A stretch of DNA of 64,000 nt from Candidatus Micrarchaeia archaeon (GTDB taxonomy: Archaea; Micrarchaeota; Micrarchaeia; Micrarchaeales; CABMGC01): assembly GCA_049976845.1 (NCBI GenBank), contig JBMFHL010000001.1, forward strand, positions 3,773 through 67,772, in the 5' to 3' direction. Positions within the stretch are counted from its first letter, which is position 1; every line of letters begins with the position of its first letter. Both the position numbers and the translations under genes were made by a program. The notes under the pieces are model-generated. The model saw only the letters and a program-made list of their open reading frames with translations. It searched no databases and was not told the DNA's origin. This document shows, piece by piece, positions 45,623 to 55,297 of this stretch.

Positions 45623-48016
45623 ATGGAAAAAACAGAGCCAGTCCAATTGGATGAAGAATTGCAATCAAGCTATATTGACTATGCCATGAGTGTTATAATA
45701 GGCAGAGCCATACCTGATGCCCGAGACGGTCTCAAGCCTGCGCAAAGAAGAATACTTTATGCAATGTATAGCATAAACAATTTGCATGACCAGCCTACTA
45801 AAAAGAGTGCAAGAATAGTTGGAGAAGTAATAGGTAAATATCATCCACATGGGGACGTCGCAGTTTATGATACTTTAGTAAGGATGGCTCAAGACTTTTC
45901 AATGAACCACGTGATGGTTGAAGGGCAGGGAAATTTTGGTTCAATAGACGGAGATCCACCTGCAGCAATGAGATATACCGAGGTGCGTCTCACTAGCATT
46001 GCAGAAGAATCATTAAACGATTTGGATAAGAACACTGTGGAATTTGTATCAAACTTCGACAACACCGAAAAAGAGCCCATAGTATTGCCATCAAAAATAC
46101 CAAATCTTTTGATAAATGGTGCATCCGGGATTGCCGTGGGTGTAGCAACAAGCATACCCCCGCATAACCTGAGCGAAGTATGTGATGCAATAATACAGGT
46201 ATTAGATAAGGATACAACAATAGAAGATATACTAGAAATAATAAAAGGCCCTGATTTTCCTACAGGCGGCATAGCAATAATGTCTGGAAATGCCTATAAT
46301 GGGTATAAGTACGGCAAAGGGCAGATTACTGTAAAAGCAAAGGCAGAGATAAAAGAAAAAGAGAGAAAAATAATAGTAACAGAAATACCTTATAATGTCA
46401 ACAAAGCCATGCTCATACAAAATATAGCAGAGCTCGTAAGAGACAAAAAAATAAATGGCATAACTGACATAAAAGATGAGAGTGACAAAGAAGGAATAAG
46501 GATAGTAATAGAGTTTAGAAACGGAGAAAACGGCGAGAGTCTTTTGAACTCGTTATATAAGCACACGCAACTTGAAATAACATTCCCTATAATAAATCTC
46601 GCAATAGTTGGAAAGGAATTAAAGAATTTTAACATATTGCAGTTGATAAATACTTTCATCGAGCACAGAAGGGAAATAATAAAGAAAAGAAGCGAGTTTG
46701 AACTTAATAAGTCAAAAGACCGTGTTCACATATTAGAAGGCCTTCTAACAGCAATCAATAGCATAAATGAAATAGTAAAGCTAATAAAGGAAAGCGCTTC
46801 AGTAAGCGATGCAAAAGAGAGGTTGGTGAAAGCATACAATTTAAGTGAAAAGCAGGCATCTGCCATTTTAGAGATGAAGCTTAGCAGATTAACCCATCTT
46901 GAGTCAGACTCTATAAACAAGGAGAGAGCAGAGCTTGCAGGCAAAATAGATTATTACAATTCACTATTGTCAGATCCAAAGAAAATAGATTCAGTAATTA
47001 AGAACGAAATCAAAGAAATAAAAGAAAAATATGGCAGGAAGAGAAGAACGGAAATAATTAAAATGGAAGAGGAAATAACGCTGAAGGAAGAAGATCTAAT
47101 AAGCAATGAAAAAGTGACGGTCATATACACAAATTCCGGATATATAAAAAGACTTGGCATAGAAAGCTACAAAGAACAAGCAAGAGGGGGCAAGGGAGTA
47201 ATAGCAATAAACCTTAAGGAGGGAGACTATGCAAAGCAAATAATCACCTGCTACACTAAAGATTACCTGCTATGTATATCAGATAAGGGAAGAGCGTACT
47301 GGCTTAAGGTATACAGAATACCAGAAGGGAAGCGGTATTCAGAAGGCAAGAGTATAGTAAATTTGCTTAACTTAAAAGACGAGAAAATAGTTATAATAAT
47401 GGTACTGAATGACATAGAACGATCAAGCATATCTTTGCTAACAAAAAGCGGATTAGTAAAGAAAATGAATGCACGTCTATTCTCCAAGCCTAGGTCAAGC
47501 GGCGTTACCGCAATCGCCTTAAGGGAAGGCGACGCAATAATCGATGCAATAACTTATACAAATGAAAAGTATATCTTCATAACAACAAAGAAAGGCAAAG
47601 CAATCAAATTCGAAGATTCGAAAATAAGGTTTACTGGAAGATCTTCAATGGGTGTGCGTGGCATAAGGCTATCAAACAATGACGAAGCAAAAAACATAAT
47701 AGCAGCAGGAGATGTTGGCTATATACTTACTGTTACTGAAAATGGCTATGGCAAATTGACAGAAGTGCTTAATTACAGGCTGCAAAATAGGGGCGGCGGC
47801 GGCGTCCTAAATATCAGAATATCGGAAAAAACAGGTTATGTAGCAAAATCCTTATTCTTGAGTGGCGAAGCAAATATAATATTAATAAATTCCTCTGGCA
47901 TAACGATTTCATTCAATGCAAGTAGTATAAGGATTACAGGGAGAAATGCAAGTGGGGTAAGATTAATGAGAGTCGAAGAAGGGATGAAAGTAGTAGATGC
48001 AAAGATAATGCAATAA
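45623..48016 (+). CDS. gyrA: DNA gyrase subunit A
   Basis: The sequences YAMSVIIGRAIPDARDGLKPAQRRILY and GKYHPHGD, the catalytic region AAMRYTE, and the GyrA-box QARGGKGV in the beta-pinwheel C-terminal domain are present. Confidence 0.95.
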   Translation: MEKTEPVQLDEELQSSYIDYAMSVIIGRAIPDARDGLKPAQRRILYAMYSINNLHDQPTKKSARIVGEVIGKYHPHGDVAVYDTLVRMAQDFSMNHVMVEGQGNFGSIDGDPPAAMRYTEVRLTSIAEESLNDLDKNTVEFVSNFDNTEKEPIVLPSKIPNLLINGASGIAVGVATSIPPHNLSEVCDAIIQVLDKDTTIEDILEIIKGPDFPTGGIAIMSGNAYNGYKYGKGQITVKAKAEIKEKERKIIVTEIPYNVNKAMLIQNIAELVRDKKINGITDIKDESDKEGIRIVIEFRNGENGESLLNSLYKHTQLEITFPIINLAIVGKELKNFNILQLINTFIEHRREIIKKRSEFELNKSKDRVHILEGLLTAINSINEIVKLIKESASVSDAKERLVKAYNLSEKQASAILEMKLSRLTHLESDSINKERAELAGKIDYYNSLLSDPKKIDSVIKNEIKEIKEKYGRKRRTEIIKMEEEITLKEEDLISNEKVTVIYTNSGYIKRLGIESYKEQARGGKGVIAINLKEGDYAKQIITCYTKDYLLCISDKGRAYWLKVYRIPEGKRYSEGKSIVNLLNLKDEKIVIIMVLNDIERSSISLLTKSGLVKKMNARLFSKPRSSGVTAIALREGDAIIDAITYTNEKYIFITTKKGKAIKFEDSKIRFTGRSSMGVRGIRLSNNDEAKNIIAAGDVGYILTVTENGYGKLTEVLNYRLQNRGGGGVLNIRISEKTGYVAKSLFLSGEANIILINSSGITISFNASSIRITGRNASGVRLMRVEEGMKVVDAKIMQ

Positions 48017-48017
48017 A

Positions 48018-50807
48018 CTATGTTTCCTTCCAAAACCTGCGATTTTTTATATAATTTTTTTGAGCCTCTATTAGATCTATGACAAAAAAATTATACTCTG
48101 TTCTGAGCATTTTCAGAACCCTTGCAGCAGTCCTGACCCCTATCCCATAGGTTGAAAGCGCAACCAGGGCTTTATCACCATACTCCTGTATAAGACCCGC
48201 AGAGCTTAATGCTTCAGAGTAAATCTCCTTCTCGTGCTTTTTCAGTTTTACACCTTTAGTAACTTTATCTATGACTTCCCTGTACTCTGGTTTGAATATA
48301 GAAATCATTGTACTCCTACAATTTGGGCATGTGATGCCAGAACCCTCATTTAGTCCAGAAATCTTTCTTGAAAAGTTGAAACCACAAAACGTGCAGAGTA
48401 GATCAACACTCTTACTCTTCATTCCTTCAACAAACTGTCTTACTTCCTCGCTTCCAGGCAATAAAGGAAGCATCAGCTCTCTGTAATGGTATGATGATTT
48501 CAAGACCTCATTAGACATTGGGCTTAATTCTGGGAAAGAAAATAGCGCAAAATCTATAGTGCCCTCTTTTAGCCGTTTTGAAAAATCAAGGACATGTTCA
48601 AGATCATAATAATTTTTATATAGGTCTCTCAAAGTCTCATCGAAAACAGGCGTGCCTTTATAGAAGTCGATTAACCTATTTGCAATATTCTTAGTAACAG
48701 TTGCTTTCTTTTCAATAATCCCGAAAAGTTTTGCTATTTGTATGAATTTGTACCTGAATAACTCGGAAGAGTATATAAGTGAATTACTCTTCAAAATCCC
48801 TTCAAAATTCTGTTCCTTAAGTAAGGATAGGATCCTCTTTGTATTGGGCTTATGCCGTGCAGCACTCACATCAACAACAACAGCATATGCCATTGCCCGT
48901 GTGCTTACTCCAAAGCCTACTTCTGAAGTAAATATGGCTCCGATGATCCTAGAAAGCAGTTCATTCGCCAACTTTCCTAAAGGAAGATAAATTATAACAT
49001 AATCTCCAAATTCTTCAACAGCAATTTCGTTTTCCTTAGGAATAAAGTACTTCTTTTGTTCAGCCATAAAATTATTTATCTTGTTTAAAGTTGCAGAATC
49101 TACAAAACTTTCTATTTCACTAACATCATGTCCTGAAAGTAGTTTATATGTTGAATTAGCAACCTCATAAGAAACAGGGATGTCCTCCCCTTCCCAATCA
49201 GGTATTGCAGCTTCCAGATTGGTCGAAGGCTCTACAAATATTGTATCTTTTTCTATGCTAATTACATGCCATGGTAAACCTTTAGTTATAAAAATGGAGC
49301 CATCATCAATATAATTAGCGACAAAGTTTTCGTTTAATGAGGATATGATATTATTTCCTGTAGCGCTTCTTACAATGAATCTTGCAACATCAGGTATTAC
49401 ACTTATATTTTCTATAAAATATGAAATGCTCCTTCCACTTCTAAAAACAACTCCTTTATAAAATTTTATTAGGTGCAATTGATTTAGGAGATTAATTACC
49501 GATTTTAGAGTCTCTATTTTTAAATTTGCAAAAGGCTGAGACCGACTTATAATTTCAAATAGCTTCTCTTCTCTTATAGATTTGTACTCTAGTGCTATTG
49601 CAACGATCTGGTTTGCAAGCACGTCTAGCGGATTTTTTTCTATTCTCCTTTTTTCAAGCACCTTTTCGTAAGCAAGCTTAATTATTGCTGCAGATTCAAT
49701 CGATTCGATGACGCTAGCCACAACAATATCCCCAGAAGCCTTTCCATGTACGGCATGACCACTTCTGCCTACCCTCTGCAGCAATCTTGTAACTTGTTTT
49801 GGTGATCCATACTGTATAACTAAATCGATTCCCCCTATGTCTATCCCCAGCTCAAGGGAGCTCGTTGCGATTATGCTCCTTACCCTTCCGTTTTTAAAAT
49901 CCTCTTCAACTCTTATCCTCTCCATTTTGTCTAGAGAACTGTGATGCACTGCAATTGGTCCAAAATGTTCAGTTTTGTCCAAATACAAAAGTTTACTTCC
50001 TAAACTTTCAGCAACCTGCCTGGTATTTACAAATACAATGCTCTCGTTTGCACCCTCTATTAATTCTTTTAACCTTTCCACCCTAGCCGCAGTCTCAACA
50101 TCCAGTGCAAATACCTCCCTAAATTTTGCATAATCCTTTTTCATCACACTGGGCATCTCTAACCTCAGCTCAACTTTCTTCTCATTCTCATCAGAAATAA
50201 TTTTACACAGCCTGTTCCCACATAAAAAAAGCGCAGCAGTGTTCATATCACCTATTGTAGCACTTATCCCTACTCTTTGGAAGTTGCCTGCAAGCTCTGC
50301 GATCCTCTCTAAAGCAACAGCAAGTTGGGCTCCACGCTTGTTATAATATAATTCATGCAATTCATCAACTATTACCACCTCCAAGTTTTTCAAAGAGTCC
50401 CTTAAATTTTTGGTGAATAACAAATTTTGAATGCTTTCAGGAGTGGTTATAAGCAGTTGTGGTGGCTTCTTAGATTGGTTAACCCTGTCTTTTTTTGGGG
50501 TATCTCCATGCCTCACTCCTATGCTAATACCAAGCGTTTTGCAAAACAATTCCAACCTTTTCAGCAAATCCCTGTTTAGCGCTCTAAGTGGCGTAACATA
50601 AATAGCATTTATGCCTTTTTTATTTTCAACACTTATCCTCTTAAGTATGGGTAATATTGCAGCCTCTGTTTTTCCTGTTCCTGTAGACGCAGTTATTATG
50701 CAGTTCTCTCCCTTCTCCACTACTGGTATTGCTTTCTTTTGTATGCTTGTAAACTCTCCGAATCTATCTAGAAAAATCCTATAAATATCTTCCGGCAAAG
50801 ATACCAC
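48018..50807 (-). CDS. lhr: Lhr-family ATP-dependent DEAH-box helicase
   Basis: Walker A (ASTGTGKTEAA), DEAH-type motif II (VIVDELHE), SAT (ISATIG), motif VI (QRVGRSGH), a long Lhr-like C-terminal region and a zinc ribbon (CTFCG...CPNC) are present. The GTG start directly abuts the upstream stop. Confidence 0.8.
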   Translation of the reverse strand: MVSLPEDIYRIFLDRFGEFTSIQKKAIPVVEKGENCIITASTGTGKTEAAILPILKRISVENKKGINAIYVTPLRALNRDLLKRLELFCKTLGISIGVRHGDTPKKDRVNQSKKPPQLLITTPESIQNLLFTKNLRDSLKNLEVVIVDELHELYYNKRGAQLAVALERIAELAGNFQRVGISATIGDMNTAALFLCGNRLCKIISDENEKKVELRLEMPSVMKKDYAKFREVFALDVETAARVERLKELIEGANESIVFVNTRQVAESLGSKLLYLDKTEHFGPIAVHHSSLDKMERIRVEEDFKNGRVRSIIATSSLELGIDIGGIDLVIQYGSPKQVTRLLQRVGRSGHAVHGKASGDIVVASVIESIESAAIIKLAYEKVLEKRRIEKNPLDVLANQIVAIALEYKSIREEKLFEIISRSQPFANLKIETLKSVINLLNQLHLIKFYKGVVFRSGRSISYFIENISVIPDVARFIVRSATGNNIISSLNENFVANYIDDGSIFITKGLPWHVISIEKDTIFVEPSTNLEAAIPDWEGEDIPVSYEVANSTYKLLSGHDVSEIESFVDSATLNKINNFMAEQKKYFIPKENEIAVEEFGDYVIIYLPLGKLANELLSRIIGAIFTSEVGFGVSTRAMAYAVVVDVSAARHKPNTKRILSLLKEQNFEGILKSNSLIYSSELFRYKFIQIAKLFGIIEKKATVTKNIANRLIDFYKGTPVFDETLRDLYKNYYDLEHVLDFSKRLKEGTIDFALFSFPELSPMSNEVLKSSYHYRELMLPLLPGSEEVRQFVEGMKSKSVDLLCTFCGFNFSRKISGLNEGSGITCPNCRSTMISIFKPEYREVIDKVTKGVKLKKHEKEIYSEALSSAGLIQEYGDKALVALSTYGIGVRTAARVLKMLRTEYNFFVIDLIEAQKNYIKNRRFWKET

Positions 50808-52454
50808 TCAGCTAAAGAAATTAACAGTAGCATTGCCTTTCGACAATGCCGTAACATTATTTGAGGTATAGTTTAGGATGATCTTCAAATTCAAATTGAA
50901 TGGTAAACCAGAAATTATCTGGTTCATGCTGTAGCATTTGGCAGTAAGCAATGTATTGCTGCCCAAATTTACAAGGCTATCAATTTTTGTTGGCATGCCC
51001 GTACCATCTTCAGAGCACAAAACATTGTTTATTTTTACTGGGTAAAGTTTCTCATTCCCTAATCGGAATGTGATACTTCCACTAGCAAATGTTACGTTTG
51101 CGCATCCAAATCCTGCTATACTGCATTTGCTTGCAAATCCAGATTCAAAAGCAACAGACTTTCCAGAGAAATTGAGGAGCTTCAGCAGGTTTACATTTAA
51201 TGGAACAGCTTCCAATACTAGCGATTCATTGGTAAGGGCAAAGACGCTTAAATTATAAGGTGGTAAATACTCACTTGTCCTAACAAGGCCTACTGGCATA
51301 ATCTTTCCATAGGTCTGGAACAGGTATGTGCTGCAATAGCTCTGGTTGTTTACACTGCTTATTATGCCATAGCACTTATTATCTCCAATATTCTCATTTA
51401 TGCTTGGTGCAACAAATTCATTCCCATATTCAAATATCTTTTCTGCCGAAAAACTTGCCGTTGGGAAGTAGTACGAGTCATAGCTCGCAAGAAGAGTAGA
51501 ATTAGCCAAATCAAAATCTTCGAATTTAGAGGATTCTGTTGTAATTGGCATATAATTGCTGTTATTTGCTCCAATTAAGCCAATGCAGGAAGAAGGGCCC
51601 TTGTAGGCAACGCTCTTTATCCATCCATCTGAGTACCAGCTGCAAAGGCTCACATTTTTTGCCAATTCTGCTACAGTCACATTAGTACCATTTGCTTCAT
51701 ATGTGCTAATGCTTGCATTTGTGCCGTTCAGTGCTATCTTTACAAGGTCTGGATTTAGGTACCCTCTTATCCACACTGAATATATCGAGCTGCCATTAGT
51801 ATAATTAGCATAAGCAACATTAATTTGCCTTATGTATGGGCTTATCATTGTTATAAGCGAAGAGAAGAAAGTATATGGCAAGTTAATGTCTGTATAATCG
51901 AAAATCGGCAAAGAGTAATTCATGTTCAGGTAAAGCGCAACCAAACTTCCTTGCTGGCTCATGTTAATCTCAGTGAGGTATGTCAAGTTTCTTCCAGTTA
52001 TTGGAGAATATGCCTCAGCAGGCTGCGGCGCATTCACATAAACATATTTGGTTGCCTGTGCATTGCTTCTATCTACAATGTTGTAGAATTTTGCTGGGTC
52101 TGCTATTGCCATAACAGAATAGTTTCCAGGCTCAGTAGGGGTGAAATTAAAATATATAATTGCTTCTTTGCCTGCAGGCACAGTAATCCGGTAGTTTGTA
52201 CTTGAATTGTAAGTTAAATTTTCGCTGTTCTTTACCAAAACTTCAAATCCTATTTCATCTACATTGCTGCTGCCAGTATTGTTTATTATTATCGGCAAAT
52301 CTACCTGCCTTAGCGGGAAGAGGTTCTGCAGATTCGAAGTGCCAAAGCTAACATGCAAGTCTATGCCTGGCTGGTAATAATACCTAAAATAAAGTGCTAT
52401 TAAAACAATGAAAATGAAAAATACTACCAAAGCATAATCTATCTTTTCCATCAA
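50808..52454 (-). CDS. Membrane-anchored extracellular protein, CARDB-like beta-sandwich at the N-terminus, very rich in N-glycosylation sequons
   Basis: An N-terminal hydrophobic anchor (YALVVFFIFIVLIALYF) is followed by a CARDB-like block (LPIIINNTGSSNVDEIGFEVLV...VPAGKEAIIYFNFTPTEPGNYSVMAIAD). I hand-counted about 25 N-x-S/T sequons and saw several Cys pairs. Confidence 0.6.
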   Translation of the reverse strand: MMEKIDYALVVFFIFIVLIALYFRYYYQPGIDLHVSFGTSNLQNLFPLRQVDLPIIINNTGSSNVDEIGFEVLVKNSENLTYNSSTNYRITVPAGKEAIIYFNFTPTEPGNYSVMAIADPAKFYNIVDRSNAQATKYVYVNAPQPAEAYSPITGRNLTYLTEINMSQQGSLVALYLNMNYSLPIFDYTDINLPYTFFSSLITMISPYIRQINVAYANYTNGSSIYSVWIRGYLNPDLVKIALNGTNASISTYEANGTNVTVAELAKNVSLCSWYSDGWIKSVAYKGPSSCIGLIGANNSNYMPITTESSKFEDFDLANSTLLASYDSYYFPTASFSAEKIFEYGNEFVAPSINENIGDNKCYGIISSVNNQSYCSTYLFQTYGKIMPVGLVRTSEYLPPYNLSVFALTNESLVLEAVPLNVNLLKLLNFSGKSVAFESGFASKCSIAGFGCANVTFASGSITFRLGNEKLYPVKINNVLCSEDGTGMPTKIDSLVNLGSNTLLTAKCYSMNQIISGLPFNLNLKIILNYTSNNVTALSKGNATVNFFS

Positions 52455-52455
52455 A

Positions 52456-52917
52456 TCACGCAGACCTATTCTTTAATTCGTTTATGATCTCCTTTATTTT
52501 ATTTCTTACCTCTTTATATTCATCTTCGAATAAATTGTCAGCCCAAGAGGCTATGTCATATTTATCTCCTATGCTTGGTGCCTTGAAATAAAATTTCCCC
52601 TGGCTATTATCCAAAAAGCCCATGTTCTTCATCCTTAACAAATGGTACCTTAAGGTTTTTTCATTCATCTGCTGCCAGTTTGAATTTATATACGAAATAA
52701 TTTCACCCACATTCGGATCTGTTTTTTTTACGAATTGATAGTAAACCAATGCATCTAACACTGCCACAGCACTCAATCTGGATTCCCCAGGGTTTATTAT
52801 TCCAAGCGACAGCGCAAGCCACCTTACCATAGAGCGTCTTGTTTCAACTACCTCTTTAGTGAGCCTAAGATTTCGTATAGTTATCTCCCGTTCTATTAGC
52901 TCCGCTTCGTTCAGCAT
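52456..52917 (-). CDS. Hypothetical protein with winged-helix-like C-terminal half
   Basis: A 153-aa ORF. The sequence TLRYHLLRMKNMGFLDNSQGKFYF resembles a recognition helix plus wing. There is a 1-nt gap to the downstream gene. Confidence 0.35.
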   Translation of the reverse strand: MLNEAELIEREITIRNLRLTKEVVETRRSMVRWLALSLGIINPGESRLSAVAVLDALVYYQFVKKTDPNVGEIISYINSNWQQMNEKTLRYHLLRMKNMGFLDNSQGKFYFKAPSIGDKYDIASWADNLFEDEYKEVRNKIKEIINELKNRSA

Positions 52918-53273
52918 TAAAAACCCTCATTATAAATTAGAGTGTAATTATTAATATATATGTAAAGCAAGCAAACAAATAATAATCTATCAAAAATGCC
53001 CTTAGTAATGCATGCATATATAGGCATTCCTGGGCACGTACTTTGAAAAACCTTCAAGTAGCATATATCATAGAGCGCAGGGCAGATTAAATTGGAACGA
53101 CTATAAATACTCCAGCAGCGAACTCAAAGATGTGCTGCTTAATATATAGCAGAAAAAACCCAAAGAATTCCACGTTTCCTTTAATAATAATTACAATACG
53201 CTCGAAAATGATCGCAGTATGCTTAAGTATGCAAAGAATAAAGATTATTAAAGTATAGTTCAAAAGTAATTTT

Positions 53274-53642
53274 ATGCCAGATTTTAAAGTATCAATAACC
53301 AGCACACCAGAAACTATGAAATCTTTTAGAAGAAATGAGTTAGAGCTAATGCTTTCAGTGACTTCAGAAGAAAACCAGCCCCCTTTTAATTATTGGGTCG
53401 AAGCAATAGTGACAGTTCCCCATCTTACTTCGTTAGCTCCAGATAGACCACTGGAGAACGGCAAGCTCCTGTTGGGAATAATATCAAACGGATCTGCAAA
53501 AGAGAAAAGATTCAAGCTATTTGCAAACAACAACATATATCCAGATACCTATAAGATTATGCTTACAATTTTATTCTACGACTCAGAAGGTGCAGTAGCA
53601 GAAAGGCAGGATGTAACAAAAGAGATAGTGTGCAGTGACTAA
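53274..53642 (+). CDS. Hypothetical protein (122 aa)
   Basis: A clean ORF whose stop is immediately followed by the next ATG. I recognise no family. The alternation pattern suggests it is beta-rich. Confidence 0.4.
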   Translation: MPDFKVSITSTPETMKSFRRNELELMLSVTSEENQPPFNYWVEAIVTVPHLTSLAPDRPLENGKLLLGIISNGSAKEKRFKLFANNNIYPDTYKIMLTILFYDSEGAVAERQDVTKEIVCSD

Positions 53643-53876
53643 ATGCCCAAATACTTCAAAGTCTACGATTCAAATGAAGTCCTCTTCATAACTATAGATG
53701 ACAGTGGTGCAGTAATAATAAAAGACAAGGCTGGAAAGAAAATATTCCTCTCTAGATACCAGGCAAAACTAATGAGATTTAGCATAGATAACCTCTTCGG
53801 AGACAAATTCAAGAAATCTTCAGATTCTAACATACACATTGAGGAAATAAGCGAAGAAGATAGCAATAAAAAGTGA
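53643..53876 (+). CDS. Hypothetical protein (77 aa)
   Basis: The ATG directly abuts the upstream stop (TAAATG). I recognise no family. Confidence 0.35.
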   Translation: MPKYFKVYDSNEVLFITIDDSGAVIIKDKAGKKIFLSRYQAKLMRFSIDNLFGDKFKKSSDSNIHIEEISEEDSNKK

Positions 53877-53901
53877 AATTGCTATATTAATACTGATTTA
53901 T

Positions 53902-54270
53902 ATGGAAAATACTCCAAATCAACAGCAAAATGGTGAAATGCAAGGGCAAGAAATAGAGAAGATCATCAAAGAATATCAGCTCCTCCAAGAACAGCTGAGG
54001 GCATTCTCCCTGCAACTAGAGCAGCTGCAGCTACAAAAGAGCGAGTCTACAACAGCCCAAGCAGAGATAGAGAAAGCAACAGGCAAAATATACATAACAA
54101 TTGGCGGAGTCATAGTAGAAACAGACAAATCAACAGCATTGAAGAATCTAAAAGAGAAAATGGAAACTACAGACCTAAGGTTGCAGACTACAAGCAAACA
54201 GTTTAATGAGCTCAAAGCAAGGGAAAAATCACTAAGAGAAAAGCTGTCAAAAATGCAGCTACAGCAATGA
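53902..54270 (+). CDS. pfdB: Prefoldin beta subunit
   Basis: A coiled coil, beta hairpins and a second coiled coil are present: QLLQEQLRAFSLQLEQLQLQ...IYITIGGVIVETDK...LRLQTTSKQFNELKAREKSLREKL. Confidence 0.75.
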   Translation: MENTPNQQQNGEMQGQEIEKIIKEYQLLQEQLRAFSLQLEQLQLQKSESTTAQAEIEKATGKIYITIGGVIVETDKSTALKNLKEKMETTDLRLQTTSKQFNELKAREKSLREKLSKMQLQQ

Positions 54271-55265
54271 GTGATTCATTGACTGGGTTGAATTTTAATG
54301 ATCTGCAAGAATTCATAAAGGCAAACAGCCAGAGGAAATTTTTGCTAACATTTCATTCAATAGGGGATAGAGACGGAGTAGGCTCAGCAATCTCACTTTC
54401 AATGTATCTTAAAAATTCAATAGTGGGCACTCCAGATTTCATAACAAACAATGCAAGAAGGATGCTCGATCAAGTTGGCTATCAAAATAAGATAAATCCT
54501 GCATCTACAAAAGGTATAGATATAGTAATAGTGCTCGATGCAAATAACTTGGAGGCGCTTGGCAATTTTAAGGAAGAGGTGCAGTCATTCAAAGGCAAAG
54601 TAGTGTTTGTTGATCACCATTTGCTTCCTCCAGTGCAAAATAAAAAGCATCTTATGTTCTCCGATGAGTCCTATAATTCAACAGCGAGCATAATATATGA
54701 TCTGCTTAAATCCCTAGGTGCAGGTGTAAATAAAAAAGCAGCAATCCTTCTACTAAATGGAATAATATCAGATTCTGCAGATTTTAGGAATGCAACAGCG
54801 TATACCTTCAAACAGGTCAGTGAACTGCTTGATATAGCAAACATGTCATATTCAGACATATTAGAATATTTTCATGAGAGCATACCTCTTAACAGCAGAT
54901 ACAGCTTAATAAATGATTTATACTCTTCAAAAGTGGAAATAGTTGGGAAATATCTCTTAATCTATGGAAAAGCGTCAATGCATGCAAACGTTGCGGCAGA
55001 CATAGCAATGAAGCTTGGCGCAGATGCCTCATTGTTTTGGTCCGAATCAGAAAAAGAGGTATCAATATCATCTAGGCTAAGGCCCCCTCTCGACAAGAAG
55101 CTGCCAATGCATTTAGGTAGGGTTATGCAAGGGGTGTCTAAAATTCTTGGAGGAAATGGCGGAGGGCATCCTTGTGCAGCAGGTGCATATGGGCCGAAAA
55201 AAGAAATGATAGGAAAGGCGGTTGAAGAAGCTCTGATTTCAATAAAAAAGCAGCTTTCTGCCTAA
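54267..55265 (+). CDS. DHH/DHHA1 family phosphoesterase (NrnA/RecJ-like)
   Basis: DHH motifs are present (HSIGDRDGVGS, VLDAN, FVDHH, GIISDS), along with the DHHA1 motif GGNGGGHPCAAGA. It overlaps pfdB by 4 nt. Confidence 0.8.
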   Translation: MSDSLTGLNFNDLQEFIKANSQRKFLLTFHSIGDRDGVGSAISLSMYLKNSIVGTPDFITNNARRMLDQVGYQNKINPASTKGIDIVIVLDANNLEALGNFKEEVQSFKGKVVFVDHHLLPPVQNKKHLMFSDESYNSTASIIYDLLKSLGAGVNKKAAILLLNGIISDSADFRNATAYTFKQVSELLDIANMSYSDILEYFHESIPLNSRYSLINDLYSSKVEIVGKYLLIYGKASMHANVAADIAMKLGADASLFWSESEKEVSISSRLRPPLDKKLPMHLGRVMQGVSKILGGNGGGHPCAAGAYGPKKEMIGKAVEEALISIKKQLSA

Positions 55266-55297
55266 AATTTTTATATTATGGTATGCAATAAATAATC

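Noticed and set aside
47781-47800. A GGC trinucleotide run (GGGGCGGCGGCGGCG) that looks like a microsatellite.
   Set aside because: It lies in frame inside gyrA and encodes NRGGGGV in a C-terminal-domain blade loop. It is only four repeat units long, and nothing suggests phase variation.
53087-53305. A 72-aa hydrophobic minus-strand ORF in the large intergenic gap.
   Set aside because: It overlaps the start of the plus-strand ORF at 53274. It has no RBS or TATA that I can see in the right place, and its composition (I, L, F) is what AT-rich non-coding DNA yields by chance. It cannot be fully excluded as a small membrane protein.
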